Assembly: GCA_036158635.1 (NCBI GenBank)
Contig: JAYYFR010000008.1
Coordinates: 684 to 64,683, forward strand
Length of the DNA stretch: 64,000 bases
Origin: Bacteroidota bacterium
Lineage (GTDB): Bacteria; Bacteroidota; Bacteroidia; Flavobacteriales; TMED113
Direction of reading: 5' to 3'
Position numbers and translations under genes: made by a program. The notes under the pieces were generated by a model, which had not been told where the DNA came from, made no database searches, and was given only the letters and a program-made list of their open reading frames with translations. This document shows, piece after piece, positions 33,501 to 42,013 of this stretch; position 1 is the stretch's first letter; every line of letters starts with the position of its first letter.

Positions 33501-35481
33501 TCAAGTAAATAATGTATCATCTGGAGATTCTGTAAATTTTGAAAATTTAACATGGGATTTAAATAATGATGGTTTTATTGATCCATACACTGTTTTAATT
33601 ACTGATTCAAATGGCTGTCAACTACTAATAGAGTCAATTTTTGTTTCTTACAGTACAGGTATATTTGAAGTGCTACCATCTCCTTTATACAATATTCCTC
33701 CCACATGCTCTTCTAATAGTGATGGTAGTTTATTAATTGGTTCAATTGAAGGTGGTGAGTTACCATACCAAGTAATTTGGTCCAGTGATAATGGATTTTC
33801 ATATTCGTATACATGGTCTGAAGATGGTATTTCTGTTGCAAATTTAAGTCAAGGTGGAACCCCTGGAGATATCGATGGTGATGGTATTTACAATTATTTA
33901 GACAATAATATTGATGGAGATGCATTAGATAATGACGATCCTTTAGAAGATGATATTGATGGAGATGGTATATCAAACGACAATGACCCAAATCCTTATG
34001 GAAATGGTACTGAACTTGGAGGTGTTTTATCTGAAGATATTTATTATTTAACAGTTATTGATGCAAATGGATGTGAATCACAATATGAATATATTTTAGA
34101 ATCTGAGCAACCTGAGTATAATGCATATATATCAGATTTTAATGGATTTAATGTTTCATGTGGATACAATGATGATAATTGTGAAAGTCTAGAAGAAAAT
34201 GCAATTTTAACAATAAGTGAAATTGAATTTGACTTTAATGCAGGTCCACCAAGTTTACCATTTTGGCCCACATATGAAGCATATCCTGTTTCAATTTTAT
34301 TGAATGGTGAAGAAATAGGTACAATTGAAAGTGATCAAGATTTACCTTATCAAATTTCTGACCTAGCACCAAATATCGTTGGAGGTGATTATATTTTGGA
34401 TCCTTATGAAATTAATTTAATAGATAATAATAATTGTTTAATGCAATCAATGAATTTAGATTTAATAAATAATGAAGGATTTTTTGATGTAACAGCACCT
34501 GAGCCTCTCGATGTTTCATTATCTACGGGTGAATGCCCTGAGTGTCAAGATGCAGAAAACGGTTCAGTCGAAATATTTTTTAGTGGAGGAGTTGGTACCG
34601 GTGGTGGATATAACTTTTATTTTGATCAAGATGGTAACAATGATATAATCTATGCCAATGACTTAGATGGAGATTGTATTCTAAATTACATTCCTGGCAC
34701 AAATTATCCACTTGACATTGATATTGATGGTGATGGAATTCTTAACATCTCATCAGATATTGATGGTGATGGAATACAAAACTTTAATTCAGATATTGAT
34801 AATGATGGAATTGATAATGGTAAAGATGAAGATATTGATGGAGATGGTATTCTTAACATAAATGATAATTCTCCGATTGGTAGTAATGCTCAAGAGATTG
34901 ATATTAATAATGATGGTATAGTTGATTACACAATTGTTTTTCTTGATAATGATGTTGATGGTGATGGTTTGCCAAATTTAGTTGACTCTGATCCTTTTAA
35001 TATTGAAAATCTAGGTGACATTAGTGTGGATCTTTCTCCAACAGGAAATATTAATATTGAAGGAACTGATGGATCATGGATAATTGATAACTTACCTTAT
35101 GGTGAATATTTAGTTGGAGTCTCTGATTCGAATGGCTGTATTTCAGAAGTCTCAATTAATATTTCTGATGAATATTGTCAATACGAAGTTTTTGATTGGA
35201 TAAATTGTTTATTTATTCCTTCAGTATTTACACCTAACATGGATGGAGTAAACGACTATTGGGAGATATATAATATAGAATTGTACGAGCCTCAAATATT
35301 ATTAAAGGTATATAATAGATGGGGACAAACTGTATTTGAGAGAGAAGGGGAGTACAGTTCAACGTTGTGGGACGGAAATAGTATGAATGGAGAACAATTA
35401 GAAGTTGGTACATACTATTATGTACTTGAATTAAAAGATTATGATAAAAATTATAATGGTCACATCGTAATAAAGAGATAA
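24586..35481 (+). CDS. Giant SprB-repeat adhesin (3631 aa) with DxDxDG arrays and a type-B T9SS C-terminal domain
   Basis: Signal peptide; many C.G..DG.I...V.GG..PY.Y.W...L..G.Y...VTD.NGC repeats; C-terminal IPSVFTPNMDGVNDYW...VYNRWG...WDG...GTYYYV. Confidence 0.92.
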   Translation: MILKSRIYHIFFTVFFLFSFLGTLLSQNTIDFNLNYIDYSGAVTGNVGENISIPVQAVFYQEEGRCEGAFGPCSAFLINSLDPTIDVDFTIRELQDVQFEAFGGGNLNNDFSGNGSIGFEDLLTEFEIWPPDSSITNCEYTPVPGSNSFIASNICADDVDNINNSIGQFVVEMVATFPTECDDAPSDGINDNQAFWFLQFNLFFPEEISISSTSSNSCGFNTTCNGSNDGEITAIVSGGVPPYNYEWTDESGNIISNTQTASNLSVGFYTVTVTDDSDNFIFDSNGDGEGITCSETFEVTEPDQILISLSSFEEDVSNLELDCFGDTDGSIFVDVSGGCEPYNYSWSNGSNSEDIEGLSVGLYTLIVTDSNNCSVEFTQEITEPSAIIISKNIENSIDSDGCNNLGSIDIDVSGGTPFNGSSPYLYEWSVDSDGNGLPDIVISNDEDINGLSADTYFITVTDALGCQDTNVFTITWPGPFAVVIEETSNLELSCFGDCDGIINISASGGSGDYLYSWSSLSGGEVPLDQINNQNLTNLCSGEYSITITDNFFPDCTWNEQIVITEPDQELIISDIDGVIDLDCFEDCDGELDITVQGGTEPYSFSWSNGETTEDINNLCSGTYTITVTDFNGCETSSSVDINQPDNPLSLTSNSIDNTCFNDCLAFIDIELNGGTPPYIYSWQGPDGFSSTDENISNLCSGVYSLTVLDQNNCLIEDSFEILEPEELQVTIEISENNGFNISCFGGSDGTVNLTPSGGSGSYDILWSTGQTTEDLVGLTAGSYDVTITDQNNENCFIVETIILNEPSEIQLSLSSSDLTCFEICDGSISSSVLGGVSEFTYEWTGPNGFVSNEQNLSNLCAGIYNLNVLDDNNCIQSSSIEIFQPEILTSNINIIPPACSGYPACVTIDSFGGTGDNYSYTFYQDAGNQGPLDNCTPEPEDLLLEPSITDGCFNLVSGDYFVITTDENDCCTVNSFSISPAADVSVDINEVPDCYPNDSYLILSGWTPPLETYTVVIFDNDTDNDGLSNINSNNNPLDEDIDNIDGLNINDDDIDGDGIPNIDDYIDLDGNGVFNLGDVNTQYLFSNPPMYDFVYDQQADINCGDFLGGVWDGNGNGPGTCNEFPLVYDGGSTVVLIIAENGCFNFQVVSNDNDIYLPIGTSNEINSPSCFGETNDITFINNDIDEDGILNDNDDDIDGDGILNIDDNDINGDGCLDDGTYTNEQCETCGCSGSIVINILEDEDYVAPYTVYVSSQVYDQENNLIFESQNSDSDLFDLDDSYTWFNLGDPDDDNDGLFDYEDLFPFDFDNDGVDDCTGPIFDCDNDGILNNDDPDMDNDGLLNEDDDLFSISNLINNNFIGVYDLDNGISTNDSDGNGIIDQLIINNLCVGEYIYVVKDSNGCESNPVIFQIEEVEDLVVDVNTGQEPPILCFGECNGFIDISVSGGTAPYSFLWSNGETTEDLSGLCPGFYSVTITDSNGCCEIIERTIEEVPEIEILIDSFTENLDCFGDCNGQINIDVSGGNQPYSFFWFGPDGFFSNDEDLTDLCAGTYTLEVIDSTIGLDGNGCVSSIEVEINEPEELTALFDITGSCFNEPDGSINMTISGGSPGYDVLWSNGETNEDLNNLSTGSYTVTITDQNLCTYTNTIDINQSEQIVITEFHSDFDGFGVSCNGSSDGFIDVSVSGGGGIFSYDWSNGAITEDLNNISAGIYSLIVTDQNGCTETIEVELTEPEGIDITFISSDYNGFGISCNGSSDGFIDVTVNGGTGFYNYTWTSTNGFSSNDEDISNLIAGTYFLTVSDENDCPIEIEVEITEPDELSVSVSLIQNIQCNYCEESGSILSGNDEGRISISISGEVGDYSYDVFDNNGLVFSGTTEGNTIFETSEPGEYYFVVTDFNNCNTITTETINITQPEQLCIDDVLINNSSCFSFLFNDASIELNVSGGTPPYNYNWSSNVPGPGIPNSSLIDNLSAGTYSVIVTDSNNCEIISESYDITEPDPLSLSICSDAFVCCDGNNGTIVATASGGDPNYTYTLFNSSVNPPIIIGSNQIGLFNGLQSGEYLVVVTDSSWSEELLEIDPNACSISETIIINESCPTIEVVNQEEAGCSEEANLFFDISGGVLPYFIYVDGIETDTLYENSSNYLIPLTSGSHDIYISDSNIDILNACDTINNSCLSEIINVNVDIIDAVYEIDEIIINQPLCPGDDGTMTILASGSQPPIGEQANFEFGVDTNNDGILSLFEVQAAYFSDYVEENEFGSNYLFTVPYVSSGEYLFNSFEYFDCSESGSFTITEVNDIDFENFFVSVDAECYNASGSAYVSVQDIEGGTPPFDVNWFLIDPDFGTLIEDPNGNGNGNSLYAGNYIVQITDGNDCLYEHNFNINQPEEELLANLEVYDPICYNNNSCSGSVTSYSTGGQGNNYTYTWFDSNNNIIISGGINSLNNLCSGDYSVEISDGICNPIVQNFSITEPNEINVNITTELLCNGDMVVLPDNPNIPNLTVNTSINSSVEPISIYWFNNTVPNTNTQILIEDSFGNINLNTNALDIDGDGVLNVLDPDLDGDGLNNNNFIQNPNANEDIDPLGYGNGNWWPYLSSNNLDSNISDNGYSISPVDALYAGSYYLYIIDSNGCFSEMIYNIEEPDPLTVSWNESDIDTLIECYGANNGSIGIIIEGGTPIDDDSWPFPYYYTTWINTETTSSFSTQEISINTLGPGTYIIEIEDANGCTTQTEEIIITESDPLVISEVNVSDYNNFGISCFGANDGAIQVFVQGGIGPYVYSWTGPNGYTSNSSFLSNLGPGTYNLTVTSNLPQASLGDGCVQNLEIEITEPQEILISETHSDYNGFGVSCNEGTIGLENPCDGFINIDIVGGVPPYSYQWSGDSFSTNQDLSSICSGSYTLTVIDSNNCEENITIELTEPDNITFNQSIGLDITPASCKNGNNSDGIISLNIDYIQGGVPPYSITLLETGSQVNNVSSGDSVNFENLTWDLNNDGFIDPYTVLITDSNGCQLLIESIFVSYSTGIFEVLPSPLYNIPPTCSSNSDGSLLIGSIEGGELPYQVIWSSDNGFSYSYTWSEDGISVANLSQGGTPGDIDGDGIYNYLDNNIDGDALDNDDPLEDDIDGDGISNDNDPNPYGNGTELGGVLSEDIYYLTVIDANGCESQYEYILESEQPEYNAYISDFNGFNVSCGYNDDNCESLEENAILTISEIEFDFNAGPPSLPFWPTYEAYPVSILLNGEEIGTIESDQDLPYQISDLAPNIVGGDYILDPYEINLIDNNNCLMQSMNLDLINNEGFFDVTAPEPLDVSLSTGECPECQDAENGSVEIFFSGGVGTGGGYNFYFDQDGNNDIIYANDLDGDCILNYIPGTNYPLDIDIDGDGILNISSDIDGDGIQNFNSDIDNDGIDNGKDEDIDGDGILNINDNSPIGSNAQEIDINNDGIVDYTIVFLDNDVDGDGLPNLVDSDPFNIENLGDISVDLSPTGNINIEGTDGSWIIDNLPYGEYLVGVSDSNGCISEVSINISDEYCQYEVFDWINCLFIPSVFTPNMDGVNDYWEIYNIELYEPQILLKVYNRWGQTVFEREGEYSSTLWDGNSMNGEQLEVGTYYYVLELKDYDKNYNGHIVIKR

Positions 35482-35484
35482 TAA

Positions 35485-38400
35485 ATGACTAAAAGATTAT
35501 ATATATTATTACTTATTTTAACTCCGTTAATAAATTATGCACAAGTTATTGATTGTGATGAAACAATTATTCCATTTACAACTGTTAATAACGTAAGTTG
35601 CTTTAATGAAAGTGATGGTTCTATAGAAGTTATTTTTAATTCAATTTTTGGGGGAACCCCACCTTATTCAGTTATTTGGGAACAATTAATTGATACTGAT
35701 GGAAATGGAATTGACGATTCGCAAATAACAATTATTGACCCTAATGATGATGGATTATTAGAAAATTTAGACGCTTCGAATTATCAAGTGACTGTGATTG
35801 ATGATTTGGGTTGTACTGGTTCAACTATTGTTTCTCTATCACAGCCTGCAGAAATTAATATAAATTTTGATACTACTGAGATTTTTTGCAACTCTGATGA
35901 AAGTAATATAAGTATTGGTATTGAAGGAAATATTATGAATTACGATGTTTTAATAAATGGAAATTATATTGAAACTGTAAACGCTGGTAGTCCAACTATA
36001 ACAACTGTAAATGATTTTGAGTTTACCGAAACAGGTTCAAATAATACAATAATCATTTTTGGTTGTGATGATTCAGATTGCTCTGATGCAAATGGAGTTA
36101 TTACACCTGGTGATGTAATTGGTGTTTTTTATGAAAATGTTAATGGTAATTTAGAATGTGGTGGTTCAGCTACTTTTAATGGAACTATTCCTTTTGCAGC
36201 TCTTTCGGCTTGGCAAACTGAATTTGCTGCTGATAATGGTTTTGAAGATGGCGATCCATATATTTGGTATTTATTTGACACATCTGGTGATATTTATCAG
36301 TTAAACCCAAATTATGACCTCAATCAAGGTGTTGATTTTTTTACCCCTGGAGGATTTACAGTTATAACAAATTTTGAAGTTGGTACTATTCTCGGTTCTA
36401 ATGACGATTTTTATTATACAACTCAGTCTGGTGAATACGTCATTGAGGTTTTAGCAGAAAATGGTTGTGTTGCTTCTACTACGCTTTTAATTGACCAACC
36501 TAGTCCAATAGAGTTAATAAGTTCTGAAGTTTCTAACCCAACCTGTGGTGGCTCAATCAATGGATTTATTGACATTGAAATTTCTGGTGGAACTGGATTA
36601 TATACTTATGAATGGATTGGTCCGTTAGGAGATGTTATAAGTAGTAATGAAGATTTAACTGGTTTACCTCCAGGAACTTATTCTGTCACTGTAACTGACG
36701 AAAATAATTGTGTTTTTTCAAATTCTTTTGAAATAAATAATCCAGAAACTATTGAAGTTTCCTACACCTATGAACCTATATCTTGTAATGGAGAAAACAC
36801 ATCACTTACAATTGAAGTTACTGGTGGTGTTCCTCCGTATATTATTGACTATAATGGACTAGATCCAAACAATATATCAAGTGGTTTTTATTCTTTTTCT
36901 GTAACTGATGATTTAGGTTGTTTAGAGACATTTAATGTTTCTATTTCAGATCCTGATGGAATTGCTATTAATTACCCAGCTGTAGAAACTGTTTGTTATG
37001 GGGAAACAAATATTCCTGTTGACTTTTCTATGTCAATTTCTGGGGGAAGCCCCCCATATTCGTATGAATGGTTTGATAATAATGGATTATCACTAGGAAT
37101 ATTTTCTCCATCTGCCACAATTTCACCTGGTGATTATTCAATAGTAATAACTGATTCAGATAATTGTGTATCAATTCCATCATTTTTTACAATATCAGAA
37201 CCAGAACAAATTTCTGTAGATTTTGATTTAGATGCAATAAATTGTTTTGGTGAGACAGCAACAGCAAACTTTACAATTGACGGTTCACCTGGAAGTTATA
37301 CAATATTTTTTAATGGTGAGTCTGAAACTACAACAATAGGTTTATCAGATATTTCTTTTGATTGGACTAATACTGGAGTTAATTCATCAATTGTGATTAG
37401 TGAGATAACTGGATTGAATTTAAATGAAGGTGATTTAATTGGCGTATTTTATACATCTGCGAATGGTGTACAATGTGGTGGTACCACTTCTTATAGTCAA
37501 TCAATAGGTTTTCCAATTTCTTTAGCAGCATGGGGAGAAGAAACTGGGCAAGATAATGGCTTTGTTAGTGGTGAAGAGTTTTTATTTTTAATTAGTTCTG
37601 GCGGATTAGTATATGAAGTAGAGGTAGAATTTAATTTAGATTTACCAGGATTTACTGATGTTTTTGAAATTAATGGTTTATCTCAAATAGAAAATATGAA
37701 TGTTACTGGAGTATTCTCAGATGGTCCAGACTTTAGTTTTGATTCGTTAGAAGAAAATAATTATTTTGTTGAGATTCTTGACGGTAATGGATGTTCTTGG
37801 GATTCAACAATTGTTGTTGATGGTGCAAGTCAGTTAATTATCTCCAATGAAATTATTAGTAATGCATCTTGTTTTGGAGAATTAGCTGAAATAAATTCTT
37901 CAGTTCTTGGTGGAGAACCTCCATACTCTTACCAATGGCAAAATATTATTAATGGTCAAATAATTTCATCACAACCACAACCTCAGCTTGAAGCAGGTTC
38001 TTACTTTTTTATAGTTACTGATAGTAATGGTTGTTCAGAAATTAATTTAGTTGAAATTCCTCAAGAATCAGGTGATATAAATATAAATTTTCAAAGTGAA
38101 ACATGTGCTAATGAAAATAATGGTTTTATTAATAGTTGTGTAGATTGGGACGGTTCTATTACTTTTTCACTTTCAGACTCTTCAGGATTAATTGATGAAA
38201 TTAATATTAATGGAAATGGTTTAGAAACATGCCATATATTTGAAAATCTTTTGCCTTCAAATTATATATTATCTGTGGTTAGCTCTGGAGGATGTATTGT
38301 TTCTGAAGAAATTGAAATTGAGTCTGCTGATCCTATTTTAGTAGCATTTGATACAAATCCTGCCCAATGTTTTGATCAACCAACTGGAACAATTTTTATT

Positions 38401-40536
38401 GATGAAATCATTGGGGGAAATCCACCATTTGAAATCGATTGGAATGGAGTTGATACTGAAGCAGTTTTGCCAGGTTTTCATTCATTTATAATAACAGATC
38501 AAAATGGTTGTTCAAAGACTTTTAACTACTTTATTGGTAATTCTCCCAATATAAATACTAATCCAACAGTTGTACAAAATAATTGTTTTAATGGTGAGGA
38601 AGGTTCAATTAGTTTGTCTGTTTCAGGTGGGAACCCTCTTTATGATTATGTGTGGACTAATTCTTCTGGTGATGTTATTGGATATAATTCTAGTATTTCA
38701 AATCTTCCTTCAGATTCATACTTCGTAGAAATAACTGATTCAAATGGATGCACTTACAATGAATCATACTCTGTTACAGATCAAAATGAAAATTTTGTTG
38801 TTTTAGTAAATACAGTTCCATCAAATTGTTATGCTGGTGAAGGTACAGTTTCTGCAAGTATTTTAAATCAAAATAGTTTAAATTATAATTTTATATGGCC
38901 AAACGGAGTAACAAATAATGGTCAGGATGTTTCATTACCAGCTGGTAATTACAATCTTTTAGTAGTCAATAACACATCTGGATGTACTGTTACTCAACCC
39001 TTTACTGTAAATCAGCCTGAAGAATTTATAATTGAAGTTTTCTTTGATGAAATACTTTGCTTTGAAGATAATAATAATGATGGATTTAATGACTTAACTA
39101 CTGCAGTGAATGCTTTTGTAACTGGTGGAGCAGATTTTGATATTGACGGTGATGGTATTAATAATGATATTGACAATGATATTGATAATGATGGTGTTGT
39201 GAATGATTTAGATGATGATATTGATGGTGATGGAATATTAAATGATTTTGATGATAATGGTCTAATATGGATAGATGGTGATATAGATAATGATGGTATA
39301 GTTAATGATGAAGATACTGATTGGGATGGTCAGAATGTTTTTGTAGATAATAATTCTTTATCACCTGGAATATACTTTGTCTACTCTTTCGATAGTAATG
39401 GATGTTATTCTATAACAGAATTCGAAATTACCTCACCTGAAGATTTTATAATTGATGTTTTCCCAAATCAAATTCAATGTTATGGAGAATATGGAACAGC
39501 TGACTTGTCTATTTCAGGGGGAACTCCTCCTTATGAAATATCTTGGACCAATCAATTAACAGGGGAAGCAGTCAGTCCATCTATGCTTTTGGGAGGTGAG
39601 AATGGAATTATTTACAATCTTACAGTAACTGACCAAAATCAATGTGTCCAATCTAATATATTTACTATTAACCCAGAACCTAATGAAATTGTTATTGAAA
39701 ATTTAGATGAGATGACATCAGATTACAATGGTTTTGAAATTTCATGTAACGGATATAATGATGGTTACATAGATTTAGATGTTAGTGGGGGAAATCCTCC
39801 TTATTCATACAGTTGGTTTGGGCCTAATGGTTTTGAGGAAAATATTGAAGACGTGTCTGACCTATTTTCAGGATCATATTCAGTTTTGATTTCTGATTCA
39901 AATGGTTGTCAACTATTTTCTTCAGTTGATCCATTTGAGATTGAAATGAATGAACCTGAAGAATTTGAGATTTTATTTACTTGGGCCGAAAATGCTCGTT
40001 GTGAAGATTCTGACGATGGGAGTATAATAATTACAACAAATGGTGCTGTTCCATCTTTTAGTTATATAATAAATAATGTATTGGATACTTTAGAAGGTGG
40101 TTCATTCAATACTGATTTAGATATTGATGATTATGAATTTGTTGATGAAAGTTCTATAGTCATCCAAGGTTTAGAAATTGGTTTATACTCAATTAATATT
40201 ATTTCTGATCAAAATAATTGTATAGAGCCTCAATTTGTTAATATGAATGTTAGTTATGATGATGAAAATTGTTTATGGATTCCGAGTATTTTTACCCCTA
40301 ATTCCGATGGTGTAAATGATACATTTGAAATTTATGGAATGGAGTATTATCCCGATGCATCAGTTTTTATTTATGATCGATGGGGTGTGAAAAAATACGA
40401 ATCAAAAAATCAACTTTATGTCCCATGGAATGGTATGTTGAATGGAAACTTAAATGAAATTGGAACATATTATTATGTAATTGAATTAAATACAGGCCAA
40501 AAAACTTATAGTGGCAGTATTACTTTAAAACGGTAA
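35485..40536 (+). CDS. Second SprB-repeat protein (1683 aa) with a type-B T9SS C-terminal domain
   Basis: Signal peptide, SprB repeats, C-terminal IPSIFTPNSDGVNDTF...IYDRWG...WNG...GTYYYVI...GSITLKR. Confidence 0.92.
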   Translation: MTKRLYILLLILTPLINYAQVIDCDETIIPFTTVNNVSCFNESDGSIEVIFNSIFGGTPPYSVIWEQLIDTDGNGIDDSQITIIDPNDDGLLENLDASNYQVTVIDDLGCTGSTIVSLSQPAEININFDTTEIFCNSDESNISIGIEGNIMNYDVLINGNYIETVNAGSPTITTVNDFEFTETGSNNTIIIFGCDDSDCSDANGVITPGDVIGVFYENVNGNLECGGSATFNGTIPFAALSAWQTEFAADNGFEDGDPYIWYLFDTSGDIYQLNPNYDLNQGVDFFTPGGFTVITNFEVGTILGSNDDFYYTTQSGEYVIEVLAENGCVASTTLLIDQPSPIELISSEVSNPTCGGSINGFIDIEISGGTGLYTYEWIGPLGDVISSNEDLTGLPPGTYSVTVTDENNCVFSNSFEINNPETIEVSYTYEPISCNGENTSLTIEVTGGVPPYIIDYNGLDPNNISSGFYSFSVTDDLGCLETFNVSISDPDGIAINYPAVETVCYGETNIPVDFSMSISGGSPPYSYEWFDNNGLSLGIFSPSATISPGDYSIVITDSDNCVSIPSFFTISEPEQISVDFDLDAINCFGETATANFTIDGSPGSYTIFFNGESETTTIGLSDISFDWTNTGVNSSIVISEITGLNLNEGDLIGVFYTSANGVQCGGTTSYSQSIGFPISLAAWGEETGQDNGFVSGEEFLFLISSGGLVYEVEVEFNLDLPGFTDVFEINGLSQIENMNVTGVFSDGPDFSFDSLEENNYFVEILDGNGCSWDSTIVVDGASQLIISNEIISNASCFGELAEINSSVLGGEPPYSYQWQNIINGQIISSQPQPQLEAGSYFFIVTDSNGCSEINLVEIPQESGDININFQSETCANENNGFINSCVDWDGSITFSLSDSSGLIDEININGNGLETCHIFENLLPSNYILSVVSSGGCIVSEEIEIESADPILVAFDTNPAQCFDQPTGTIFIDEIIGGNPPFEIDWNGVDTEAVLPGFHSFIITDQNGCSKTFNYFIGNSPNINTNPTVVQNNCFNGEEGSISLSVSGGNPLYDYVWTNSSGDVIGYNSSISNLPSDSYFVEITDSNGCTYNESYSVTDQNENFVVLVNTVPSNCYAGEGTVSASILNQNSLNYNFIWPNGVTNNGQDVSLPAGNYNLLVVNNTSGCTVTQPFTVNQPEEFIIEVFFDEILCFEDNNNDGFNDLTTAVNAFVTGGADFDIDGDGINNDIDNDIDNDGVVNDLDDDIDGDGILNDFDDNGLIWIDGDIDNDGIVNDEDTDWDGQNVFVDNNSLSPGIYFVYSFDSNGCYSITEFEITSPEDFIIDVFPNQIQCYGEYGTADLSISGGTPPYEISWTNQLTGEAVSPSMLLGGENGIIYNLTVTDQNQCVQSNIFTINPEPNEIVIENLDEMTSDYNGFEISCNGYNDGYIDLDVSGGNPPYSYSWFGPNGFEENIEDVSDLFSGSYSVLISDSNGCQLFSSVDPFEIEMNEPEEFEILFTWAENARCEDSDDGSIIITTNGAVPSFSYIINNVLDTLEGGSFNTDLDIDDYEFVDESSIVIQGLEIGLYSINIISDQNNCIEPQFVNMNVSYDDENCLWIPSIFTPNSDGVNDTFEIYGMEYYPDASVFIYDRWGVKKYESKNQLYVPWNGMLNGNLNEIGTYYYVIELNTGQKTYSGSITLKR

Positions 40537-40539
40537 ATT

Positions 40540-41577
40540 ATGAAAGAATTTAAAAAAATAATTTTAGTATTTGTTTTATTTCTGTTTTCTCAGGAATCTA
40601 AATCTCAACAGTTACCAATATTTAGTCAGTATATGTTTAATGATTATGTAATTAATCCTGGTGTAGCAGGTACATTAGATTACATACCATTAAGAATGAC
40701 ATATAGAAATCAATGGACAGGATTTACTGGGGCTCCTAAAACCTTTACTCTATCGGCTCATTCAGCCGTTACAGACCATGTTGGATTAGGTTCCCTTCTG
40801 TATAATGATGTTAGTGGTCCAATAAGTATTTCTGGTGCAATGTTTTCATATAATTTTAGATTTCCAGTTTCTGGTAAATATTGCGCTTGGGATAAAAGAA
40901 AATTTTTGTCTCTCTCATTAAGTACTAGACTAAATCAATTTTCATTTGATCCAACGAACGAAACATGGTATTCAATTCACGCTCCTGACGGCAGTGGCGC
41001 AGTTGATCAGGTTATACCAAATGGAATAGAAACATCTTTCAATGTTTATCATTCATTGGCTTTATATTTTTATTCTGAACGTTTTTATGCAGGAATTTCT
41101 GCATTAGATATTTTTTCAACCCCAAATGATCTTGATATCCTCTCATATTATGAAGGAGGATACTCTAATAATATTATAGGTCAATATAATTTTTTAGCTG
41201 GTTATTATTACCCAATTGATCAACAAATGAATTGGGCTATAGAGCCATCATTATTACTTAAAAAAACAAAAATGTCTGATATGCAATATCATTTTAATAC
41301 TAGAGTTATTTATCAAGATTTAATGTGGTTTGGATTATCTTACAGACAATTCGACGCACTCGTTATTTTATTTGGTGTTGATTATGGTCAATATTTCTTT
41401 GGTTACAGTTATGACTCTTCCATTTCTGAAATAAGTGGTTATAATTCTGGGTCTCATGAATTGATTGTTGGATATAATTTTTCAATTAGAAATAAAAAAG
41501 ACAACTTAAGATTTAGAAAAAGGTTTGAAGATAGGAGAAGATTGATTAATCCTTTTAAGGAATTTAGAAGAAATTAA
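40540..41577 (+). CDS. PorP/SprF family T9SS outer-membrane protein
   Basis: QQLPIFSQYMFN...INPGVAG, YRNQWTGFTGAPKT, GYSYD, GSHEL; lies immediately after the type-B CTD genes. Confidence 0.93.
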   Translation: MKEFKKIILVFVLFLFSQESKSQQLPIFSQYMFNDYVINPGVAGTLDYIPLRMTYRNQWTGFTGAPKTFTLSAHSAVTDHVGLGSLLYNDVSGPISISGAMFSYNFRFPVSGKYCAWDKRKFLSLSLSTRLNQFSFDPTNETWYSIHAPDGSGAVDQVIPNGIETSFNVYHSLALYFYSERFYAGISALDIFSTPNDLDILSYYEGGYSNNIIGQYNFLAGYYYPIDQQMNWAIEPSLLLKKTKMSDMQYHFNTRVIYQDLMWFGLSYRQFDALVILFGVDYGQYFFGYSYDSSISEISGYNSGSHELIVGYNFSIRNKKDNLRFRKRFEDRRRLINPFKEFRRN

Positions 41578-41578
41578 T

Positions 41579-42013
41579 TTGTATATAATTGTTTTATTTT
41601 TTTCATTTTTAATTTGTTTTTCACAAGAGATGGATAAAAAATACTTAAAGAAATTAACACCTGAAGAAATTGAGGTAATTGTAAAGAAAGGAACCGAAAG
41701 ACCCTACTCAGGTAAATACAATGATTTTTACAAGGAAGGTTTATACGTTTGTAAAGCTTGTGACAATCCATTATTTTACTCCGATGATAAGTTTAATTCA
41801 AATTGTGGATGGCCTTCTTTTGATGACGAAATAAAAGGATCGATAAAAAGAATACCCGATTATTCTTTAGGAAGAGTAAGGACCGAAATTATTTGTTCAA
41901 ATTGTAATGGTCATTTAGGCCATGTATTTGAAGGTGAAAATTTCACAGAAAAAAATATTAGACATTGCGTAAATAGTATTAGTATAAAATTTATCGAAAA
42001 TGAAAAAAAATAA
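41579..42013 (+). CDS. msrB: Peptide methionine-R-sulfoxide reductase with a signal-peptide-like N-terminus
   Basis: KGTERPYSG, CKAC, CGWPSFD, RTEIIC..C.GHLGHVF, RHCVNS; TTG start. Confidence 0.95.
   Translation: MYIIVLFFSFLICFSQEMDKKYLKKLTPEEIEVIVKKGTERPYSGKYNDFYKEGLYVCKACDNPLFYSDDKFNSNCGWPSFDDEIKGSIKRIPDYSLGRVRTEIICSNCNGHLGHVFEGENFTEKNIRHCVNSISIKFIENEKK

Noticed and set aside
24586-40536. GATGAT/GATATTGATGGTGATGG recurrences as a CRISPR array, VNTR or diversity-generating target
   Set aside because: They are in-frame codons for Asp/Gly-rich motifs with synonymous divergence. There is no constant repeat-spacer period, and no cas or reverse-transcriptase gene.
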